NCBI GenBank assembly: GCA_016235495.1 | Contig: JACRKH010000025.1 | Span: 1 to 46,250 of the forward strand | From: Candidatus Woesearchaeota archaeon | Lineage (GTDB): Archaea > Nanobdellota > Nanobdellia > SCGC-AAA011-G17 > GW2011-AR17 | Reading direction: 5' to 3' | Length of the DNA: 46,250 nucleotides | Shown: in pieces, positions 36,102 through 43,621 of the stretch | How the letters are laid out: each line of letters opens with the position of its first letter | How positions within the stretch are numbered: position 1 is the first letter of the stretch | The notes under the pieces: model-generated | Databases searched by the model: none | Seen by the model: only the letters and a program-made list of their open reading frames with translations | Told to the model about the DNA's origin: nothing | Program-made: the position numbers and the translations under genes

Positions 36102-36106
36102 ATATT

Positions 36107-36505
36107 TTATCCTTTCACAATATCCTGTATGATTCTCTCATCAAGAACAACCCAATACATGACTTGGATTCCTTCAGAGACTTTCTCTTTCAATTCTTCA
36201 GGAATACTAATATCAAATGTTTCAAAGGACTCCATATCCATAACATTCGCTTTATTCCCAGTAATGGAAAGCACCTGTGCAGTCTTTTTTTCAATAACTG
36301 GAGACATGATCTTATCATGCCCAGGCATAATCTTGATTATTTTTTTATCGTCTTTAATGCCAATTGCTTCAATACGGCACTTTGCATGCCCATGCTTTCC
36401 AGGTCGTGAAATTTCTAAACTTTTCACAATGCAAGCATGTCCATCAAAGACAACATATCTACCTGGCTTTGCTTCGGTAGCATCGATAGGTTTTAATTCT
36501 CCCAT
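36107..36505 (-). CDS. eif5a: translation initiation factor 5A (aIF5A)
   Basis: SRPGKHGHAKCRIE contains the hypusine-site motif GKHGHAK. 132 aa. Confidence 0.9.
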   Translation of the reverse strand: MGELKPIDATEAKPGRYVVFDGHACIVKSLEISRPGKHGHAKCRIEAIGIKDDKKIIKIMPGHDKIMSPVIEKKTAQVLSITGNKANVMDMESFETFDISIPEELKEKVSEGIQVMYWVVLDERIIQDIVKG

Positions 36506-36572
36506 GGGATTCTAAGAAAAACTTAGGGTATATAAATCTTTTGGGGGTTTTTGTTTAAAAATAAAAGGAACA

Positions 36573-36842
36573 CTAAAGCTTCTCCATTGCCTTCTTTAAA
36601 CCTGAAGAACTCTTTTTCTTTTTATCAACACCTTTTAATTGCAATTCCAAAAAAGAAATTCTTCGTGCAAGAACTGCAAGTGCACACCATAACTGTGCAT
36701 TGCTTGCACTCTTCGCTTGCAAGTATGCATTCTTTTCCTTATGAACTGCTTGCAAAAGCACATCCAGCTCTTCTCTTACCTGCACATCCAGTTCATCTCT
36801 CCAATCCATCCCAAAAAGAACAGCATCAAAACTTATATACAT
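36573..36842 (-). CDS. hypothetical small helical protein (78-89 aa)
   Basis: ORF only. An alternative start at 36809 gives MDWRDELD. Confidence 0.35.
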   Translation of the reverse strand: MYISFDAVLFGMDWRDELDVQVREELDVLLQAVHKEKNAYLQAKSASNAQLWCALAVLARRISFLELQLKGVDKKKKSSSGLKKAMEKL

Positions 36843-36892
36843 TGTTGCTTTCTAACAATAATTTTATAAAGCTTTAATAATTCTCCACTGCT

Positions 36893-37540
36893 ATGAAAGC
36901 ACAGAAAGGCGACTTCGTAGAAATCACTTATGTAGGAAGATTAGAAGATAATTCCATATTTGACCTCAATGATAAAGAAGTAGCAAAGAAACTCGCAATA
37001 CAAGCACACATACACGATCGCACAGTCATCTGCCTTGGTGAACGAGATGTCGTTCCAGGCCTGGATGATTTTCTTATAGACAAAACTATTGGAGAAAGAT
37101 TGCACGTTGAAATTCCTTCAGAACAAGCTTTTGGAAAAAAAGATCCTAAAAAGTTTAGCTTGGTTCCACTCAACAAATTTAAAGAACAAAAAATTAACCC
37201 CATCCCAGGCCTGCGAGTAGAAGTAGAAGACTATACTGGGATAATAAAATCAGTTTCCGGTGGAAGAGTTCTCGTAGACTTCAACCATGCTCTTGCAGGA
37301 AGAAATCTTGTCTATGATATAATTATGAACAGAAAGATAGATTCTCTCAAAGACAAAGTTGCAGGTTTTTTAGAAATGAATTTTCACTTGCACCATGTAG
37401 ATGTAGAAGAAAAAGAAAATCATGCCACAATTAAAGCACCTTTCCCAAAGGAAATGAAAGACATGCTCGAAGCAGAACTCAAAAAAAGAATTCCTGAATT
37501 GAAAGGAATCACACTAGAACAGCCTCAGACTTCTAAATAG
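36893..37540 (+). CDS. FKBP-type peptidyl-prolyl cis-trans isomerase (SlyD-like, with insert-in-flap domain)
   Basis: KGDFVEITYVGRLEDNSIFD...VVPGLDDFLIDKTIGE...LAGRNLVYDI are FKBP blocks. Confidence 0.85.
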   Translation: MKAQKGDFVEITYVGRLEDNSIFDLNDKEVAKKLAIQAHIHDRTVICLGERDVVPGLDDFLIDKTIGERLHVEIPSEQAFGKKDPKKFSLVPLNKFKEQKINPIPGLRVEVEDYTGIIKSVSGGRVLVDFNHALAGRNLVYDIIMNRKIDSLKDKVAGFLEMNFHLHHVDVEEKENHATIKAPFPKEMKDMLEAELKKRIPELKGITLEQPQTSK

Positions 37541-37590
37541 TAACTAAACCACAACTATGCTTATAAATCTTATTTTATAGATGAGCATAA

Positions 37591-38694
37591 ATGGACAGCC
37601 TTTTCAAGCAAGCACTCGGAAGAACAGAGGAAGAGAAGCAGAGAAAAGTAAATGCTATTGATGCAGAACTCGAAGCAATCCTCGCGAGACAGCGTTCAAA
37701 GCTCAAAGTTGTAGGCTGTGGGGGTGGAGGAAACAATTCTATCAACAGAATGTCCGAAATAGGTATTGAAGGAACAGAAACTGTTGCAATTAACACAGAT
37801 GCGCAAGACCTGCTCTACACCAACGCAGACCACAAAATACTCATTGGCCGGGAGCTCACACAAGGTCTTGGTGCAGGAAGCATCCCGCAAGTAGGAGAAG
37901 AAGCTGCAAAAGAATCAGAAACAGAAATTAAACAAAAAATCGCAGGCTCAGACATGATTTTTATTACCTGTGGTCTTGGAGGAGGAACAGGAACAGGTTC
38001 CGCACCAATAGTCGCAGAGATTGCAAAAAAATCAGGAGCTCTCACTGTTGCCATTGTCACCATCCCTTTTGAGATGGAAGGAGCACGAAGATATGAAAAT
38101 GCAATGTACGGCCTTGAACGTCTGGAGAAACATGCAGACACTTTGATTGTTATTCCTAATGATAAACTCTTAGAACTCGCACCAGATTTGCCATTGCATA
38201 CTGCATTCAAGGTTGCAGATGAGATTCTTACCAATGCGGTCAAAGGAATAGCAGAACTGGTTACAAAAACAGGTCTTGTCAATTTAGACTTTGCAGACAT
38301 TAGAGCAGTAATGGGCAAAGGAGGAGTCTCTATGATTGGCATTGGAGAATCTGATGCAGATAATAGAGCTGTAGAAGCAGTGGAGAAAGCAATTAACAAT
38401 CCTCTTCTCGATGTGGATATTAGTGGTGCCTCAGGAGCCCTCATCAATGTCTGCGGTGGCTCTGACATGACCCTTGAAGAAGCCCGTCGTGTGGTGGAAA
38501 CAATTTCAAAGAGGCTCGATGAAGAAGCAAGAATTATCTGGGGAGCGCAAATCTCAGAAGATCTTGGTTCAGCAATCAAAGTCCTGCTCATTGTCACAGG
38601 AGTAAAAAGCCCGCAGATATTTGGAAGAAAAGGAAAATCTTCTGGACTGCCAAAAAAAGAAATTGAGCAGGAATTGGGTATAGAATTCTTTTAG
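37591..38694 (+). CDS. ftsZ: cell division GTPase FtsZ (paralog 2)
   Basis: GCGGGGNNSINRM and GLGGGTGTGSAPIVA. C-terminal peptide LGIEFF. TATA-like CTTATAAAT (37560-37568) lies about 27 nt upstream. Confidence 0.95.
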   Translation: MDSLFKQALGRTEEEKQRKVNAIDAELEAILARQRSKLKVVGCGGGGNNSINRMSEIGIEGTETVAINTDAQDLLYTNADHKILIGRELTQGLGAGSIPQVGEEAAKESETEIKQKIAGSDMIFITCGLGGGTGTGSAPIVAEIAKKSGALTVAIVTIPFEMEGARRYENAMYGLERLEKHADTLIVIPNDKLLELAPDLPLHTAFKVADEILTNAVKGIAELVTKTGLVNLDFADIRAVMGKGGVSMIGIGESDADNRAVEAVEKAINNPLLDVDISGASGALINVCGGSDMTLEEARRVVETISKRLDEEARIIWGAQISEDLGSAIKVLLIVTGVKSPQIFGRKGKSSGLPKKEIEQELGIEFF

Positions 38695-38762
38695 TATATA
38701 CAGGAGAACAACTATCTTTATATAAGATAAGTGGTCAAAGGCGTTTATATACCTAAATCATA

Positions 38763-39545
38763 ATGGCAGTGAGCAAAAGAATCTTGGGGCCTGTAGCCCT
38801 ACTCACCACGGGAGGATGTTACCACATTCTAAACCAAACCCTCCTCAAAGACAATACCCCACCATGCATAGAAATTAGCGCAGCAGAAGGCAGCATCAAC
38901 CTAAACATATCTGACATTGCAGAGACTTGCAAAACAGATAAAATAGAAGTTGACAGTGGAATAGTCATGGCGAATACAACCACAGAAAGCATACCCCGCC
39001 ATGGAAAATATTCGAACATAAGTGAAGTAGATATTTTCGTCGATGATGGAACAGTAAAAGTCATCCCTTTGGAAAATACTAGCTACAGCTTTGCAAGTAA
39101 TTTTCAAATAGCACTTCCCTATGGAAAACATGAAATAAAAGTAGAAGCATATGATAGCGAAAGGAACAAAGGAATAAATATTCTAAATGTTTTTGCATAT
39201 GAAGATGCATTGATCTCAGAAGCACAGCTGCATACAGACACAAAAGCCCCATCCTGGAAAAAAAGTTTCTATAGCTCAACAAAACCATTTACAGGCTTCC
39301 TTGAAGACTTTGACTCAGGGTTAAGAGAACTTGTCCTTCTCAAAGATCAACAAATAATTTTTAGAAGAAACTTGGACACATACAGCCCTAAAGTAGACCT
39401 TGCAGAACTCACAAAAGGAACACATACTGGAGCAAAGGGAAATTACACCCTTCGTGCGACAGACACTAATGGAAATACTCTGGAAGAAACATTAGATTGG
39501 AGTGGGGGATACAAAACAGGGAAAGGAGCAATGGGAGGCTGGTAA
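38763..39545 (+). CDS. secreted or lipid-anchored protein with an Ig-like beta-rich region, function unknown
   Basis: The N-terminal signal LGPVALLTTGGC is lipobox-like. N-x-S/T sequons are present, along with beta-rich repeats (HEIKVEAYDSERNKG). Confidence 0.5.
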   Translation: MAVSKRILGPVALLTTGGCYHILNQTLLKDNTPPCIEISAAEGSINLNISDIAETCKTDKIEVDSGIVMANTTTESIPRHGKYSNISEVDIFVDDGTVKVIPLENTSYSFASNFQIALPYGKHEIKVEAYDSERNKGINILNVFAYEDALISEAQLHTDTKAPSWKKSFYSSTKPFTGFLEDFDSGLRELVLLKDQQIIFRRNLDTYSPKVDLAELTKGTHTGAKGNYTLRATDTNGNTLEETLDWSGGYKTGKGAMGGW

Positions 39546-39591
39546 GCCCAACCCAAACCTTTAAATAGGAGCATTCTTCTTTTAGTGCTCA

Positions 39592-39786
39592 ATGAACCTC
39601 CGACTTAATGAGAAATGGGTTAAATTCAAGAGCTTCATGAAAGAGTGCCACAGGGTTTTACGCATTACAAAGAAACCTTCAACAGCAGAATACAAAAGCA
39701 TTGTCAAGATTACTGGCTTGGGTATACTGCTCATTGGCTTGCTTGGATTCATCATTTCTATCGGTGGAGCACTCTTAGGAATCTAA
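39592..39786 (+). CDS. secE: preprotein translocase subunit SecE (Sec61 gamma)
   Basis: 64 aa with a single C-terminal TM (ITGLGILLIGLLGFIISIGGALLGI), in the conserved position before spt5/nusG. Confidence 0.75.
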   Translation: MNLRLNEKWVKFKSFMKECHRVLRITKKPSTAEYKSIVKITGLGILLIGLLGFIISIGGALLGI

Positions 39787-39787
39787 T

Positions 39788-40261
39788 ATGGAAACACAAA
39801 TATTTGTATTGAGAACCACTGCAAACCGTGAAGATCAAGTAGTAGATTTTATTTCATCCAATGTTCAAAAGAAAAAGCTAGAAGTCTATGCAGTCATTCG
39901 CCCGCATGGGATGCGAGGCTACATATTCATCGAAGCACTAGACCGACAGGCAGCAGAAGAATGTTTTCAAGGCATTCCCTATGCAAAAGGTTTGCTTCCA
40001 AAGCCAGTTGATTACAAAGAAATTGAAGGCATGCTCGAACAAGTAAAAATCAAAGTAAATATTCAAAGAAATGATATTGTAGAAATCATTACTGGGCCAT
40101 TTAAACGAGAAAAAGCAAAAGTGGTTCGTATTGATCTGCAAAAAGAAGAAGTTGTTCTCGAGCTTTTAGAAACTGCTATTCCAATTCCATTGACCTTGAA
40201 ATTGGATGCAGTAAAAGTTATTAGAAGAGAGAATGCAACAGAAGAAGAGATTTCTCAATAA
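39788..40261 (+). CDS. spt5: transcription elongation factor Spt5 (archaeal NusG)
   Basis: NGN domain (IFVLRTTANREDQV...GYIFIEA) and KOW motif (DIVEIITGPFKREKAKVVRID). Confidence 0.85.
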   Translation: METQIFVLRTTANREDQVVDFISSNVQKKKLEVYAVIRPHGMRGYIFIEALDRQAAEECFQGIPYAKGLLPKPVDYKEIEGMLEQVKIKVNIQRNDIVEIITGPFKREKAKVVRIDLQKEEVVLELLETAIPIPLTLKLDAVKVIRRENATEEEISQ

Positions 40262-40266
40262 TTTTT

Positions 40267-40944
40267 TTATTTATTAAACCCAAAGAAATCATAATACACA
40301 TGATTAATAGGTGAAGTAATAGTGCTCTTCACTCTCTCATAAGAATGATCAGTACCCAAAAAAAGAAGACCTCTTTCATTATCACGAAGACTTTGCTCAA
40401 TGTTTCTTCCTATCCAAAGCTCTCTTGCAGCATGGAAATCAGCATACTCACATCCTAAAAAGAAATCATCAAACTTACCTAACAAAAGAGAAGAAAGCTC
40501 ACTATCATCAAAAAGGTCTTTTAAAGAAGCTCTAAACTTTTGCATAGAAAAATTCTTTATCCTAGCAATATATTCAAATGCTAATTTCCTTTCTTCAAAA
40601 CTAGCTTCATCATTGCAGCCTAAAAAGAAAGGAAGCAATAGACTTCCTTCATGCTCAGTAGGCATAAGTTCAACACCAAGGCTAATCAATCCCATAACAG
40701 GCACACCTGCTGCTGACTCAGAAGCAAACTTATAAAATGAAGTTGGTTTCAAACAACCATCAAGATAGATTCTCCTAAAAGGCTGTTTCCCATGCATCTC
40801 AAGAATCCTTTTAGTCAACAAATTAAAAGCAGGTCTAAGTTTTTGAGAAAAAAGAGCTGCTTGTTTTTTATTCTCTTCATCATTCTCATTAATACTAAAG
40901 GTAGGAATATCATGCACAATAGGAACATAAACAAGCTCTCTCAT
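40267..40944 (-). CDS. hypothetical protein; weak resemblance to the TraB/GumN/Tiki-type fold (tentative)
   Basis: The N-terminal VYVPIVHD and the C-terminal ARELWIGRNIEQSL...GLLFLGTDHS loosely resemble the paired G..H / RN motifs of that superfamily. This is a low-confidence assignment. Confidence 0.4.
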   Translation of the reverse strand: MRELVYVPIVHDIPTFSINENDEENKKQAALFSQKLRPAFNLLTKRILEMHGKQPFRRIYLDGCLKPTSFYKFASESAAGVPVMGLISLGVELMPTEHEGSLLLPFFLGCNDEASFEERKLAFEYIARIKNFSMQKFRASLKDLFDDSELSSLLLGKFDDFFLGCEYADFHAARELWIGRNIEQSLRDNERGLLFLGTDHSYERVKSTITSPINHVYYDFFGFNK

Positions 40945-40987
40945 AAAATTTCAGCAATGAAATTCCTATATAAAGCTTCCCTAAGTA

Positions 40988-41200
40988 CTATTTCACAAGA
41001 GCCATATCCTTCACATGTACTTCTTGCAAAGATTTCTTAGAAAAACGCTTGCTCGCATCTAAAAGTTCTATTCCCAAAAGATTCCCTTTAGAATCAAGAT
41101 CAAAAATAGTCAAATCATCAACAACCTTATTTTTTGCAAACTCACCTTTACGCAATCGTATGTACATTGCATCGACATCCGCATCATATTGAATTTCCAT
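40988..41200 (-). CDS. DUF2283 family protein (putative antitoxin partner of DUF4258)
   Basis: MEIQYDADVDAMYIRL....DLDSKGNLLGIELLDASK matches the DUF2283 pattern (YD.e.D.lyi ... G.lvGiEil.as). Confidence 0.7.
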   Translation of the reverse strand: MEIQYDADVDAMYIRLRKGEFAKNKVVDDLTIFDLDSKGNLLGIELLDASKRFSKKSLQEVHVKDMALVK

Positions 41201-41209
41201 CTTCTACTC

Positions 41210-41422
41210 CTATATCCAGTAAACAGTAATAACCTTTATATCTCTTTCTCTTAGTTCACAACAGACCTCAATCTTACCCCTTTGAAGTCTTTTTTGATAA
41301 AAATATTTCCCCTGTTTCTTAACAACTAAAAAAGGAAAGCGAATCGCCTCAATAACCTCTTCCTCAAGAATTTTTCTTAGATCTAATCTTTCTTTAACAT
41401 GAATGCCAAAAACAATCCTCAT
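41210..41422 (-). CDS. DUF4258 family protein (putative toxin)
   Basis: 70 aa. HVKERLDLRKILEEEVIEAI ... IKVITVYWI fits the DUF4258 layout. Its stop is 9 nt upstream of the DUF2283 start. Confidence 0.65.
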   Translation of the reverse strand: MRIVFGIHVKERLDLRKILEEEVIEAIRFPFLVVKKQGKYFYQKRLQRGKIEVCCELRERDIKVITVYWI

Positions 41423-41494
41423 AAATCAATTCTATAAATTCCCCTTCATAAAAGCTCACAAGAAAAAACTGAAAGATTTTCAGACCTGCCAAAA

Positions 41495-41506
41495 GCTTTA
41501 TAAAGC
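41495..41506 (+). promoter_or_regulatory. TATA-like box for rpl11
   Basis: GCTTTATAAAGC lies about 27 nt upstream of ATG 41528. Confidence 0.5.
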
Positions 41507-41527
41507 CCCAGTTTTTCTCACAAGCTC

Positions 41528-42238
41528 ATGGCAAAAGAAACTGTTGATGCATTGGTCGATGGTGGAAAAGCATCCGCTGCCCCCCCATTGGGTCCTGCAC
41601 TTGGTCCTTTGAAAATAAACATTGGTCAGGTAGTTGCAGAAATCAACAAAAAAACAGCAGCATTTGCCGGCATGAAAGTCCCTGTCAAAATTATTGTGGA
41701 CTCTGAAACCAAAGCATTCGAAATCACTGTGGGAACACCGCCAGTTTCTGGTCTTATTCAAAAAGAACTCAACATCAAAGGCGGTTCAGGCATTCCAAAT
41801 AAACTAAAAGTAGGAAACCTCGCAATGGAAGATGCAATCAAAATTGCACAGATGAAAATGGATTCTTTATCCGCAGGGAGCCTCAAGGCAGCAGTAAAAA
41901 CAGTTATTGGTTCCGCAAACGCAATGGGTGTGCTTGTGGAAGGAAAAACTGCAATGGAAATCAACCCTGAAGTAGACCAAGGAAAATATGATAAAGTAAT
42001 CCAAGCCGCAAAAACAGCAGTAGCAGCAGAAAAAAGAACTGAACTTGCAAATCAACTTTCCTTATATCAAAAGAAATTCGCTGGAGAACTCGCAAAAATG
42101 GATGCTGCAAAGAAAGAAAAAGCAGCAGCAGCAGCGGCAAAGAAAGAAGCGACCGCCGCAGCAGCCCCTGCAGCAGCAGCAGCTGCTCCAGCAGGAAAAG
42201 CAGCCCCTGCAGCAAAAGCGGCGCCAGCAAAAAAATAA
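41528..42238 (+). CDS. rpl11: ribosomal protein L11 (uL11) with a ~75-aa Ala/Lys/Pro-rich C-terminal extension
   Basis: The N-terminal ~160 aa are canonical uL11 (GGKASAAPPLGPALGPLKINIGQ...TVGTPPVS...IKIAQMK). Residues ~161-236 are extra and end AAAAPAAAAAAPAGKAAPAAKAAPAKK. Confidence 0.9.
   Translation: MAKETVDALVDGGKASAAPPLGPALGPLKINIGQVVAEINKKTAAFAGMKVPVKIIVDSETKAFEITVGTPPVSGLIQKELNIKGGSGIPNKLKVGNLAMEDAIKIAQMKMDSLSAGSLKAAVKTVIGSANAMGVLVEGKTAMEINPEVDQGKYDKVIQAAKTAVAAEKRTELANQLSLYQKKFAGELAKMDAAKKEKAAAAAAKKEATAAAAPAAAAAAPAGKAAPAAKAAPAKK
42121..42235 (+). repeat. GCA/GCC-rich low-complexity coding tract (poly-Ala/Lys/Pro tail of uL11)
   Basis: Runs of gcagcagcagcagcg...gcagcagcccctgcagcagcagcagctgctcca. 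This is a local GC spike in an AT-rich window. Confidence 0.8.
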
Positions 42239-42243
42239 AAATC

Positions 42244-42251
42244 TTTTTTTT
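42244..42251 (+). terminator. T8 tract between rpl11 and the SET-domain gene
   Basis: TTTTTTTT begins 5 nt after the rpl11 stop and ends 11 nt before the SET ATG. Confidence 0.4.
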
Positions 42252-42262
42252 CTCACTGAAAC

Positions 42263-42724
42263 ATGCACTTCTCCATCAAACAATGTCGCTTTGGTCGCGG
42301 TTTATTCGCGGCAAAAGACATTGCAAAAGGGGAGCATATTCTCACACTAACAGGGAAAGTTATTACACAAGAAGAAGTAGACAACAAGCCAGAAAAACAG
42401 CAGGCAAATGCATTGCAGATAGAGTACGATTTTTATATGGACTTAGAGGAGCCTGGGGTTTTAATCAACCATTCCTGCAATCCTAATACAGGCATTCAGA
42501 AAGATAAAGAAGTTATTGCAATCAGAGACATCAAAGCAGGCGAAGAAATGACATGGGATTACTCGACAAGTGTTGATGGAGGCTGGACCATGCCTTGTGG
42601 ATGTGCAGAAAAAAATTGCAGGAAGAAAGTAAAAGATTTCAAAGTACTTCCTAAAAAAGTCAAAGAATCCTATCTTCAGCAAAACATTGTGCTTAGTTTT
42701 ATTAAAGAAAAATATTTTCTATAA
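42263..42724 (+). CDS. SET-domain protein lysine methyltransferase (153 aa)
   Basis: GRGLFAAKDIAKGEHI, NHSCNPN, GEEMTWDY and the post-SET-like CGCAEKNC are canonical SET motifs. Confidence 0.85.
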   Translation: MHFSIKQCRFGRGLFAAKDIAKGEHILTLTGKVITQEEVDNKPEKQQANALQIEYDFYMDLEEPGVLINHSCNPNTGIQKDKEVIAIRDIKAGEEMTWDYSTSVDGGWTMPCGCAEKNCRKKVKDFKVLPKKVKESYLQQNIVLSFIKEKYFL

Positions 42725-42756
42725 GTCTCCGGACAGCTGGCACGCCCCCGCGCGGG

Positions 42757-42768
42757 ATTTATATAAAC
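42757..42768 (+). promoter_or_regulatory. TATA-like box for the LAGLIDADG gene, immediately downstream of a GC-rich palindrome
   Basis: GATTTATATAAA lies about 25 nt upstream of ATG 42787. Confidence 0.45.
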
Positions 42769-42786
42769 AAAAAAGAAGAAAAGAAT

Positions 42787-43584
42787 ATGAATACTATAGA
42801 AATTCTACAGCAGCAAGCAAAAAGACTAAGAAAATCCCCTGGTAGAAGAGACCTAACATTTGCAGTATACCAAAAATGTGTGGAAGAATTCGGATCCTTC
42901 AATAATGCAAAAGAAAAAGCAGAGCTAAAGTTACAAAGAAGAAGTCCATGCAAACCTTTAACAGAACAACAAAAAGAATATACTCAAACCCTAGCAAAAA
43001 TAGTAAGTTACCTTACATTTGATGGACACTTATGTAAAAACTTAAAAGGATTTTTTATATCTTCAAACAATATTGTAGACCTCTTGACATTTGAAGAATG
43101 GATTATTGAACAGTTTGCTATCAAGGCAAAAAAAATTGAACAAAACAAATATTGTCTAAGCAATAGAAATTACAAAATATGGTTCTTTAACACAGAAGTA
43201 TCCAGACATCTATATGAAATAGGAACTCCTAAAGGAAATAAAATACTTACAGAATTTAGAATTCCTGAATGGATTAGAGAAAATAAAGAATTTGCAAGAG
43301 CTTACATTGCTATTGCATATCTTTGTGAAGGAACAAATAAAGAAAAGAGGCCTAATCCTAGTATTAAAATTAACCAATATAAAAATAAAGAAATTATAAA
43401 ACAGGGTTTAGAATTCATGGAAGACCTAAAAAATATACTAAGCCAATTTAATATCCGAACAGGCAAAACCTCCATATGTAAAGGTAATCTTAGAAAAGAT
43501 GGAATAATCACCAAGGAACTAAAATTTAAAGTCTCAGCAAAAGACAATTCAAAATTCTATAGTGAAATTGGCTGGCTAAAATAA
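42787..43584 (+). CDS. free-standing double-motif LAGLIDADG-type homing endonuclease-like protein with an N-terminal homing-endonuclease-associated repeat
   Basis: Two LAGLIDADG-like motifs are present (LAKIVSYLTFDGHL and ARAYIAIAYLCEGTN). The N-terminal PGRRDLTFAVYQKCVEEFGSFNNAKEKAEL resembles the HE-associated repeat (..y...fGSwn.A...AGL). Confidence 0.7.
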   Translation: MNTIEILQQQAKRLRKSPGRRDLTFAVYQKCVEEFGSFNNAKEKAELKLQRRSPCKPLTEQQKEYTQTLAKIVSYLTFDGHLCKNLKGFFISSNNIVDLLTFEEWIIEQFAIKAKKIEQNKYCLSNRNYKIWFFNTEVSRHLYEIGTPKGNKILTEFRIPEWIRENKEFARAYIAIAYLCEGTNKEKRPNPSIKINQYKNKEIIKQGLEFMEDLKNILSQFNIRTGKTSICKGNLRKDGIITKELKFKVSAKDNSKFYSEIGWLK

Positions 43585-43621
43585 GCGATAGGTATTTAAA
43601 CATTTCAAATTTATTTTATAC

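Noticed and set aside
35916-36515. The listed 199-aa plus-strand ORF, plus nested ORFs at 35938..36132 and 36080..36409.
   Set aside because: They are antisense shadows of eIF5A and L40e. They are low-complexity and Cys/Ser/Ile-rich, carry no motif, and the opposite strand encodes two clearly recognisable proteins.
42045-42350. A Gln-rich ORF on the plus strand (QQQQRQRKK...) together with a Cys-rich ORF and a Leu-rich ORF on the minus strand (42062..42283 and 41961..42230).
   Set aside because: They are alternative-frame or antisense readings of the GCA/GCC repeat tract that encodes the uL11 Ala/Lys tail. The uL11 frame is continuous with a canonical N-terminal domain.
42725-42760. The GC-rich island read as half of a split tRNA gene (Nanoarchaeum-style).
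   Set aside because: No acceptor, T-arm or D-arm sequence is recognisable in or next to it, and no complementary partner sequence was seen in the window.
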